Below are positions 1 through 7,669 of a stretch of 27,797 bases of DNA, one piece after another. Location of the stretch: assembly GCA_020348185.1 (NCBI GenBank), contig CP070743.1, positions 1,273,879 to 1,301,675 on the forward strand, read 5' to 3'. The notes under the pieces were generated by a model. It saw only the letters and a program-made list of their open reading frames with translations. It searched no databases and was not told where the DNA came from. Source of the stretch: Nitrospirota bacterium. Lineage in GTDB: Bacteria > Nitrospirota > Nitrospiria > Nitrospirales > UBA8639. The position numbers and the translations under genes are program-made. The stretch's first letter is position 1; each line of letters starts with the position of its first letter.

Positions 1-73
1 AAAGATCTTGCATGCCTTCAAATATTTCGCCCATTTCAGGAAAAGGTGACTCATCTCGTTTCTTTCGTCCCAT
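1..73 (-). CDS. 5' part of a CDS running off the window edge (MGRKKRDESPFPEMGEIFEGMQDL...); product unknown
   Basis: ATG at 71-73 (minus) preceded by AAGGAG SD (ctcctt near 79-84 on plus); frame open to position 1; co-oriented downstream of dsbA. Confidence 0.6.
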   Translation of the reverse strand, partial: MGRKKRDESPFPEMGEIFEGMQDL

Positions 74-120
74 GACTCACTCCTTTATTAAGTATTAAAA
101 TGATTGCCATGATGATGGAT

Positions 121-753
121 TTAGATCTGTTTGTCATTTTCGAGGATACTTTGAATCACTTGCTTCAGGTTTTCTTCAGTTAAATTGGCCACTCGAATAT
201 TGCCGTCCAGCACGACAGTCGGAGTGTGAGTCACGCCAATTCGTTCTCCCCAGGCCTTACCCTCCTCCAAGGCTCGGTAAGGCTTTCCACTGGCCAAGCC
301 TTCCTCAAATATTTTGGGGTCCAATCCGACCTCTTTGATGAGTAAGGCTCGTATGGGTTTATCAAATACTTGAACCTTGTCGACGTGAATATAGCGGAAT
401 AACACCGTCTTCATTTCAGGACCTTTTCCCATCGTACGTGCCTGTTCGTACATCTCAAATGCGGTAGGTAATTTCCCACGGATAACCGGGAATCCAACCA
501 TTCTGGTTTCCAACTGGTCTCCAAATTCATCTTCTAATTTCGTCACGACCACTTGTTCGAACATATGGCAATGCGGGCAGTAAAAGTCGGCAAATTCTAA
601 CAAAATCACTTTGCCAGGCTTATGCATCGAGGGTTCACTGATTAATTCGTATTCACCCTTGTAGGCGGGTGGGTCCGCGGCCATGAGAAGGTGTGAACCC
701 ATGACAAGAATGACGCTGGTGACGAGCACTCCCAAGATTTTTCTGATTTTCAT
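121..753 (-). CDS. DsbA-family thiol:disulfide oxidoreductase (thioredoxin fold, secreted)
   Basis: FADFYCPHC active site, GVTHTPT cis-Pro loop, N-terminal signal peptide (MKIRKILGVLVTSVILVMGSHLLMA); ATG at 753 preferred over TTG at 780. Confidence 0.85.
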   Translation of the reverse strand: MKIRKILGVLVTSVILVMGSHLLMAADPPAYKGEYELISEPSMHKPGKVILLEFADFYCPHCHMFEQVVVTKLEDEFGDQLETRMVGFPVIRGKLPTAFEMYEQARTMGKGPEMKTVLFRYIHVDKVQVFDKPIRALLIKEVGLDPKIFEEGLASGKPYRALEEGKAWGERIGVTHTPTVVLDGNIRVANLTEENLKQVIQSILENDKQI

Positions 754-933
754 ACCTAGCCCTTTCCTTTTCTCTGTCAAATCCGGTATTCAGTGATATT
801 CATGATAACCCGGGAAAGCAAGTCTGGAGGGGGTTAATCATTGAATGCTCCCTGAACTCTTAGCAGGCTACCATGATGAACTGTGGCATTCAACTGACGG
901 AAGTTGAGCAATTCCATTAAGGAGGTCAATCAT

Positions 934-1254
934 ATGAAACTCATTAATCTTAAAGATTTTCAACAATTTTCATCTGAAAAAATGAAAAAACTCAATTTAT
1001 TTCAAACCCCTCGTTTTTTTTGCGATGTCTATTGTTTTGAGCCGGGGCAGGAACAGAAAGGTCATGTCCATCAGGATCAGGACAAAGTCTATCTTGTGTT
1101 AGAGGGGGAGGGGACGTTTCGAATCGGGAGTGACAGCTCAGTCTTAGGAATTGGCCAGGGGACCATGGCGCCGGCCGGGGAGGAGCATGGAGTCGTCAAT
1201 CACACACAAGACCGGCTGCGAGTTTTGGTCTTCATGGCCCCGAATCCGGGGTGA
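934..1254 (+). CDS. Cupin_2 domain protein
   Basis: GHVHQDQDKVYLVLEGEG and PAGEEHGVVN cupin motifs; strong SD AAGGAGGT at 919-926 before ATG 934. Confidence 0.85.
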   Translation: MKLINLKDFQQFSSEKMKKLNLFQTPRFFCDVYCFEPGQEQKGHVHQDQDKVYLVLEGEGTFRIGSDSSVLGIGQGTMAPAGEEHGVVNHTQDRLRVLVFMAPNPG

Positions 1255-2191
1255 GGAGTTTTCGGATATCCTGTTCGTCCCAGGGCAAGTTAATTCCTCG
1301 CAAGGGCGGTGGATCTGCCTTCTCACGCTCATATAACGGTTGAACAGGTCGTGCACTATGATCACCGGCATACTGCACATATAGATCATGTTCTTTTTGT
1401 GAAATGGGGAGGAGTTGTGGAAGTAAAAGCCACCTTACTCTTTCCGTACATGGGGGCGTGGTCAGAGATCCGTCATAGGCGTAATAACCAAGTTGCCAGT
1501 ACTCACTGGCTTCAGTGCTTTTGTTGTACCTAAGAAAGAAAGGGTTGCCAGTAAAAGTTCTGGGAGGCAGAAATTTTGTCATATCAATTTTCAACGATTT
1601 TATATCTGTGACATCTTCTGACGGTGGTATGTGTGTCAGCACCGTGTCGAATACAGAAAGGCCTTGGCTATCGTCAGTCACTTCCATAAGTACTGCAATG
1701 ACCACGGCATTAAAATTTACTTCGCCACCCGGTATTTTTCTTTTAGTTTTTTTGGGGAGAAATACCCAATGCATCTCCATATCAAATGCCTGGCCACGCA
1801 CCTTGTGCTCGCTTGGGGTATGCCAGTGGACTTGGCTAAGCTCGTAAATCCTTCCCTCATAGAGTAAGATACTGCCTTCATCAGCCTTAAGGAGTACGAG
1901 GTTGTGAATATGTTCAGCGTGAAAATGCGTGGGTTCAAGATGTAATAAAGCCGCAGCCAGGTGAGACTGATCAAAATGTTTGATGTCGGTAATATTCACT
2001 GGAGACTGCTGATGTCCCTTAATGCAAAATCCCTTCCACTGACCTGGCCCCTGCTTACCGAAATAATTCCAATCCTCGGCCCCCACAGAGGTTGCCCAAA
2101 ATAGAAACGGTAAAACAAAACAAAGGAAAATACTTGCAGGTAAATATCCTTTTCCGGGTCTAGAAGCCGCACTGTCAAAACGAATAACCAT
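1232..2191 (-). CDS. Alpha-class carbonic anhydrase, secreted/periplasmic
   Basis: WNYxGxxGPxxW, QSPVNI, Zn ligands QVHWH + EMH, PSEH, YDGSLTTPPCTE, RPVQPL; Cys pair (GFC...PPC); hydrophobic signal segment; start uncertain (2191 vs 2239). Confidence 0.92.
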   Translation of the reverse strand: MVIRFDSAASRPGKGYLPASIFLCFVLPFLFWATSVGAEDWNYFGKQGPGQWKGFCIKGHQQSPVNITDIKHFDQSHLAAALLHLEPTHFHAEHIHNLVLLKADEGSILLYEGRIYELSQVHWHTPSEHKVRGQAFDMEMHWVFLPKKTKRKIPGGEVNFNAVVIAVLMEVTDDSQGLSVFDTVLTHIPPSEDVTDIKSLKIDMTKFLPPRTFTGNPFFLRYNKSTEASEYWQLGYYAYDGSLTTPPCTERVRWLLLPQLLPISQKEHDLYVQYAGDHSARPVQPLYEREKADPPPLRGINLPWDEQDIRKLLTPDSGP

Positions 2192-2724
2192 GGAATTGCT
2201 ACCGAGGTGAAATAGGAAAAATAACGGATTTCCTCGCATTGGCTTGATGGCTCACCCCTAAAACCCTGGGGCCCTCTTTTTTCCCTTATCACAACTCCTA
2301 TATCCTTGCAAGGATTTTGCGCGAATCGATCTTATGGTTAGGGATTATGGTTAGGGATTCAGGTGTGTTTGCCCTATTCCAACCTCAATCGACAGGGTAC
2401 CACCTGTTTGACCGACGAAGATCGCGATCCGGCTCTTTGGCTTTTGAAGGAGGCTGCCAGAACCCGTGGCTTGGGCTTAGACCTTAAGCGGTCCAGAAAG
2501 CGTTGACATAGACGGATTGGGCCTAAGGCCTGGGTGCAGAAGTTTCAAGTTTCAGGTAATAGAAACTAAGAATACTATTGAGTGTGGGGCTTATATGACA
2601 GCCGGGAGGTAACCCTGCCTTTTATATAGGGGAACCTGGTAATGCTGAAGGGAATAAAGCAATACACATAGGGCATGGCCACCGTTCCCCGTATAAATCA
2701 CCCGAAACCCGAAACTCTTATTAT

Positions 2725-3744
2725 TTAGTTCTCCAAATGCTCGTTAAAAATACTAAGGTTGGGTTCACCTGTAACAGAGAGAATACCGAGCGCCCCCTTT
2801 GCGACACGGAAAATGCTATGGTCGACGAGGAGGTAGTCTCCTGGGACATCAACCTTAAATTCAACGATCACCGAGCCGGCAGAAGGGACGAGCGTAGTCT
2901 GGACGTTCTGGTTGACTATCCCACCGATATCTCCTTCCAAATGCACCCGATCAAAAATCTCACCAATGATATGGAAGGAGGAAGCAGAATTGGGGCCGAT
3001 ATTACCAAAGAATAAGCGAACGGTTTCACCAACTTCGGCCTTGAGCTGCCCTTCCCCGGTAACAGCGCCGACCGATCCATTAAACACCACATAATCCGGG
3101 TTCTCCGCTAATCCTTTATCCATCGACAGTTGGTACACGCCCTTTTCATCGGTGGGCATGGTAAAGAATTCACTCTGAACCACGGCATATTCATGATCTA
3201 CTTTTGGCAATCCGCCTTCAGGTTCAACGAGTATCATGCCATACATTCCATTGGCGATATGAGCGGGAATATTCGGAACAGGGGAGGCACAGTGATACAT
3301 GTACAGCCCTGGAATTAACACCTTAAAGGTGACCACATCTGTCTGACCGGGGCCGGCCAGAAGCGCTCCTGCTCCTCCTCCGGGACCATTCACAGCATGA
3401 AAGTCGATATTGTGGGGGTATTTATTTGTCTTATGATTTTTTAAATGAACCTCAACGGTATCTCCGACTCGAACGCGAATGATGGGGCCGGGTACGGTGT
3501 GGTTAAAACCCCAAAATTGATATTGCACCCCGTCGGCGAGGGTTCCCTCGTACTCGTTGGCCTCCATATTCACAATGACATGAGCAGGCTCTGACCTGGT
3601 GATAGGCGGAGGAACCTGTGGTGGAAAGGTAAGTTTGGCTGTGATGGAATCTTGAGCCAGGGCCGGGCCGTTCCCCAATAATACAACCCCCACGGCGATG
3701 CACCAGAAAGCGATTTGGGAAGTGAAGTGATTTGACAGATGCAT
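2725..3744 (-). CDS. nirK: Copper-containing nitrite reductase NirK (AniA/class II-like), Sec-type signal peptide, no cytochrome c fusion
   Basis: PHNIDFH, YHC...HIANGM (type 1 and type 2 Cu ligands, catalytic Asp), SSFHIIGE (catalytic His), VDHS; SD AAGGGGG before ATG 3744; signal ends ALA|QDS. Confidence 0.95.
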   Translation of the reverse strand: MHLSNHFTSQIAFWCIAVGVVLLGNGPALAQDSITAKLTFPPQVPPPITRSEPAHVIVNMEANEYEGTLADGVQYQFWGFNHTVPGPIIRVRVGDTVEVHLKNHKTNKYPHNIDFHAVNGPGGGAGALLAGPGQTDVVTFKVLIPGLYMYHCASPVPNIPAHIANGMYGMILVEPEGGLPKVDHEYAVVQSEFFTMPTDEKGVYQLSMDKGLAENPDYVVFNGSVGAVTGEGQLKAEVGETVRLFFGNIGPNSASSFHIIGEIFDRVHLEGDIGGIVNQNVQTTLVPSAGSVIVEFKVDVPGDYLLVDHSIFRVAKGALGILSVTGEPNLSIFNEHLEN

Positions 3745-3814
3745 AGTGTCCCCCTTGATACGAATTTCACCTGTTAGTGAAAAAATCTTTAGCTGAGTGA
3801 TTGTAAGTATAGAT

Positions 3815-5668
3815 CTAAACGAGCCGCTTGGCCGTTTCGACGATCGTATTGGCACTGAGACCATATCGATCGAGGAGTTCAGCAGGTTTTCCGCTGTGCG
3901 GGATCTCACGGACAGCGAGTTTATGGACTCGAACAGCCTCTGCCGACAAGGCGTTCAAGACAGCGTCCCCGATTCCGCCATGGGCATAATGATCCTCAAC
4001 AGTAAGAAATGTTGGTGTCGTACGCGCGCATTCGAGGAGCATGTGTTGGTCAATGGGGACGATGCTGTAGAGGTCAACGACGCGCACGGGAATGCCGGCC
4101 TTGGCTAATTCAGTTTGAGCGTTCAGCGCTTCAAAGAGGGTGACTCCGGCGGCGACGATGGTCAACCGATCCTCAGAACTTGGTTTATGGAGTTTTGATC
4201 CTCCGAGGTGAAAGGGTTCATCGTTCGGATAGAGGATGGGTGTCTTAGGACGACCTGTGCGGATATAGACCATTCCTTGATGGTTGGCCGCGGCTTCCAG
4301 AAGTCGATAGGTGCAGACAGCGTCTGAGGGATACAAGACCACGACCCCGGGTTGGGCCGCCATCATTGATAGGTCTTCAAGGCCCATTTGGGAGGGGCCA
4401 TCTTCGCCGATGCTGACGCCGGCATGAGAACCCATGAGTTTGATATTGGCCTGGCTAATGGCGGCCATTCGAATAAAATCGTACCCTCGGGTCAAAAAGC
4501 AGGCGAATGTTGCTGCAAATGGAATTTTCCCGCAGGCCGCCAATCCGGCAGCGGTTCCGATCATATTCTGTTCCGCGATGAAGTTCTCAAAAAACCTTTC
4601 TGGAAAACGCTTTCCGAATTTTTCCGTGAAGGTTGAGTTTTTAACATCTGCATCTAATGCCACCACCAGGGGATTCACCTCGCCCAAGTGAGTCAACGCA
4701 TCTCCGAACGCTTCTCTTGTGGCCACGGAGTCCTTGGCGGCATAGGTGGGGGTTGGTAGAGCTGCAATCGTGTGCTGGTTCCTCTGCGTTTTTTTCGGGG
4801 GTTGAATAGACAAGGATGAGGAGTCATGGCTGAGCTGCTTCGAGAGCTCCTGAATCGCGGCATCGGCTTGTTCTCGATTTAAGGCTTTGCCATGCCAGTT
4901 CATTTTGTCTTCGGCAATGGCAATGCCCTTCCCCTTAAAGGTCTTGGCGAGGAGGACCGTGGGTTTGTCTTTCGTCTGCGAGGCCGTGGCAAAAGCCTGA
5001 AGGAGGGTCGTATGATCATGACCATCAACGACGAGGGCCTGCCACCCAAATCCTTGCCAACGCTTTTGATAGCCGTCTAGATCGTGTTGTAGCAGGGTCG
5101 GATCGGATTGTCCCAGACGATTAATGTCAATGATGGTACACAGGTTGTCGAGTTGAAAGTGTCGAGCAAGTTCCGCGCCTTCCCAAATTGACCCTTCAAC
5201 AGATTCGCCGTCTCCCAAAAGAACATAGACCCGGGCCTGTGACCGATCAAGATACTTATGGTTAAGCGCGATCCCTACACCCGCTGACAGGCCTTGTCCT
5301 AAAGATCCGGTGGCCATATCCACAAAGGAGAGGCGGGGAGTCGGGTGTCCTTCTAAATCGGACTCCAGTTTCCGTAACTGGAGGAGTTCGGACGGGTCAA
5401 TATATCCGGCTTCAGCCCATGCCGCGTATAACAGCGGAGCGGCATGCCCTTTGGATAACACGAATCGATCATTATCCGAATTCCGGGGGTCAGTGGGATC
5501 GTAGCGCATCACTCCGAAGAAGAGTGTGGCGACAATGTCGGCCGCGGAACAGCAGCTCGTGGGATGCCCACTTCCGGCCTCGGTTGTGGAACGGATGCTG
5601 TGAATTCTGAGTTGGGTTGCCTTATGGGACAGGAGTTGATCTAACGAACTAGTAGTATTAGCGGTCAC
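3815..5668 (-). CDS. tkt: Transketolase, single-chain ~617 aa type
   Basis: AGSGHPTSC, LSKGHAAP, GSLGQG, ThDP motif GDGE..EG..WE...DN, IAEQNM, SHAGVSIGEDGPSQM; GTG start with GGAG SD. Confidence 0.95.
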   Translation of the reverse strand: MTANTTSSLDQLLSHKATQLRIHSIRSTTEAGSGHPTSCCSAADIVATLFFGVMRYDPTDPRNSDNDRFVLSKGHAAPLLYAAWAEAGYIDPSELLQLRKLESDLEGHPTPRLSFVDMATGSLGQGLSAGVGIALNHKYLDRSQARVYVLLGDGESVEGSIWEGAELARHFQLDNLCTIIDINRLGQSDPTLLQHDLDGYQKRWQGFGWQALVVDGHDHTTLLQAFATASQTKDKPTVLLAKTFKGKGIAIAEDKMNWHGKALNREQADAAIQELSKQLSHDSSSLSIQPPKKTQRNQHTIAALPTPTYAAKDSVATREAFGDALTHLGEVNPLVVALDADVKNSTFTEKFGKRFPERFFENFIAEQNMIGTAAGLAACGKIPFAATFACFLTRGYDFIRMAAISQANIKLMGSHAGVSIGEDGPSQMGLEDLSMMAAQPGVVVLYPSDAVCTYRLLEAAANHQGMVYIRTGRPKTPILYPNDEPFHLGGSKLHKPSSEDRLTIVAAGVTLFEALNAQTELAKAGIPVRVVDLYSIVPIDQHMLLECARTTPTFLTVEDHYAHGGIGDAVLNALSAEAVRVHKLAVREIPHSGKPAELLDRYGLSANTIVETAKRLV

Positions 5669-5730
5669 GGTTTGACTCCGAAAGTATTTAGAATTATGGA
5701 GGAGAATTGATCAAATTTTTGACGGCCGTA

Positions 5731-5759
5731 ACGGTAACAGACACCTATCAGACAGTCAA
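5731..5759 (-). promoter_or_regulatory. Possible sigma70 promoter for tkt
   Basis: Minus strand TTGACT-N17-TACCGT about 60 bp upstream of the GTG start; weak -10. Confidence 0.3.
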
Positions 5760-5877
5760 TTCGAGTAGTATTCATTATAAGGATCCTTTCTTTTTGAATG
5801 ATTTATTAGGAGAAGCAGCGGATTATTCGGTCGTGTATAATAAGAACCTGGATCAACCCTTTTAGAGGGAGGAATCA

Positions 5878-6147
5878 ATGGGAAATTTAAATTCGGTTCA
5901 AAAGCTCAGTCAGTTCTCTCAAAATCCTGGGAAGCCGGGGAAGAATATGCGATCTTCAATTTCCTCCATTTTTTTAATGGGAGGAGTGTTTTTTCTGTTA
6001 ACCCTTTCTTGGCTGGGCGGGTGTTCCTCGAGTCCCAAATCGACTTCTGATCCCACGAAAGAAGAAGTGCAGACCGACTCCGACCGATTTTTCAAAAACT
6101 TGGAGAAGGAAGAAACCAAGAAGGAAGCGAAAGATGCGAAACCCTAA
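5878..6147 (+). CDS. Small putative lipoprotein, Lys/Glu-rich mature part (41 aa)
   Basis: Hydrophobic stretch ending in lipobox LGG|C; GGAGG SD before ATG 5878, TATAAT at 5836-5841; alternative ATG at 5947 gives a cleaner signal peptide. Confidence 0.65.
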   Translation: MGNLNSVQKLSQFSQNPGKPGKNMRSSISSIFLMGGVFFLLTLSWLGGCSSSPKSTSDPTKEEVQTDSDRFFKNLEKEETKKEAKDAKP

Positions 6148-6204
6148 AGGAATCATGTGCTGCCAATCTTGAGATTGTCTCTTTAATATCTCTTAAGTCG
6201 TGTC

Positions 6205-7668
6205 ATGAACGTCAAAGAATTATTTGAACACTATCAGGCCGGACAGGGATTCGATGAGATGTTTGAATCCCCGGGTTCTGCCAGGCCACATTATCGACGT
6301 GTATGTGATCGGCTGCAGGCGCTTCCGTTCAAAGACCTTGAGTGGAGACGGCGTCAAGCCGATCAGGCCTTTCTGCGTCAAGGCATTACCTTTACGGTCT
6401 ATGGGGATTCTGAGCAAACTGAACGAATTTTCCCATTTGATCTGCTTCCGCGCATCATTCCCAATACCGAATGGCGACTGATTGAAGACGGCCTTCGACA
6501 GCGAGTTCGAGCTCTGAATTGTTTTCTGCTGGATATTTATGGGGATCAGCGCATTCTCAAAGAGCAGATGATTCCTCGAGAATTAATTGAGAGTTCTTCC
6601 CAATTTCAACGAGAGTTAATCGGATTTACACCCCCCAAAGACATTTACATTCATATCGGGGGTATTGACCTTATCCGGGATCAAGAGGGCACCTACTATA
6701 TCCTGGAAGATAACCTCCGGACCCCTTCCGGCATTTCCTATGTCCTGGAAAATCGCATCGTGATGAAGCAGGTCTTTCCGAATCTGTTCTCTGACATGCG
6801 CGTTCGCCCCGTGGATCACTATCCGACTCAATTGCTGGAAAATCTTAGATTTCTTGCTCCAGTTTCCAGAGAGAATCCAACAGTCGTCCTGTTAACCCCC
6901 GGCGTGTATAACTCCGCCTATTTCGAGCATTCCTTTCTTTCGTTACAAATGGGAATTCCCCTAGTCGAGGGACGGGATCTGGTTGTGGAATCGGATCGGG
7001 TGTACATGAAAACGACACACGGGTTGGAGCAGATCGATGTCATCTACCGGCGGGTAGATGACGCCTATCTTGATCCGGAAGTATTCAAAAGTGAATCGAC
7101 ATTGGGAGTGCCGGGGCTTGTCAGGGCCTACCGGGCTGGCAATGTCGCTCTGGCGAACGGCATCGGAACCGGCATTGCCGATGACAAAGCGATCTATGCC
7201 TACGTTCCCAAAATGATTGAATTTTACTTGAGTGAAACTCCCCTCATTTCCAATGTGCCAACCTATTTATGCCATAATCCAGCGGATCTGAAATATGTGA
7301 TGGACAACCTGTCTTCCCTCGTCGTCAAGACCGTTCACGAGTCTGGGGGATATGGCATGCTCATGGGGCCGTATTCCACAACTTCAGAACAGGACGAGTT
7401 TCGAAAGAAAATCCAGGCGAATCCCCGGAGCTTTATTGCTCAACCTTTGGTCCGCTTGTCTCATCATCCTTGTATTACGGAGGGGGATGCCAGCCCAAAA
7501 CTGGTAGGCCGGCATGTTGATCTTCGACCCTTTGTTCTCTGGGGGCCCGATATTACGATTTCGTTGGGAGGGTTGACCCGGGTGGCTTTGAGGGAAGGGT
7601 CCTTGGTCGTGAATTCTTCTCAAGGTGGTGGCAGTAAAGATACCTGGGTTTTATACGGAGACGAATAG
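6205..7668 (+). CDS. Circularly permuted type 2 ATP-grasp protein (DUF404/DUF407-type predicted peptide/amide ligase)
   Basis: FDEM, GITFTVYG, PFDLLPRII, LEDNLRTPSGISYVLENR, LTPGVYNSAYFEH, IYRRVDD, DDKAIY, RHVDLRPF, LVVNSSQGGGSKDTWV. Confidence 0.93.
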   Translation: MNVKELFEHYQAGQGFDEMFESPGSARPHYRRVCDRLQALPFKDLEWRRRQADQAFLRQGITFTVYGDSEQTERIFPFDLLPRIIPNTEWRLIEDGLRQRVRALNCFLLDIYGDQRILKEQMIPRELIESSSQFQRELIGFTPPKDIYIHIGGIDLIRDQEGTYYILEDNLRTPSGISYVLENRIVMKQVFPNLFSDMRVRPVDHYPTQLLENLRFLAPVSRENPTVVLLTPGVYNSAYFEHSFLSLQMGIPLVEGRDLVVESDRVYMKTTHGLEQIDVIYRRVDDAYLDPEVFKSESTLGVPGLVRAYRAGNVALANGIGTGIADDKAIYAYVPKMIEFYLSETPLISNVPTYLCHNPADLKYVMDNLSSLVVKTVHESGGYGMLMGPYSTTSEQDEFRKKIQANPRSFIAQPLVRLSHHPCITEGDASPKLVGRHVDLRPFVLWGPDITISLGGLTRVALREGSLVVNSSQGGGSKDTWVLYGDE

Positions 7669-7669
7669 C

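Noticed and set aside
934-1254. Cupin with Asp/Lys at the usual Glu metal-ligand position as a novel enzyme
   Set aside because: Such variation is frequent among small cupins; nothing in the context points to a specific function
3745-3814. FNR/DNR, CRP or NsrR box upstream of nirK
   Set aside because: No TTGAT-N4-ATCAA; the palindrome present is TCAC-N6-GTGA, the reverse arrangement of a CRP site; no convincing NsrR-like repeat
3745-3909. 55-aa N-terminal extension of NirK in the ORF track
   Set aside because: It overlaps the tkt 3' end; the ATG at 3744 has a good SD and gives a normal signal peptide
1144-5610. Numerous 60-110 aa ORFs antisense or out of frame to CA, nirK and tkt (e.g. 1515..1847, 2737..3015, 3797..4108)
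   Set aside because: Shadow ORFs fully overlapping well-supported genes, with no motifs or SD support
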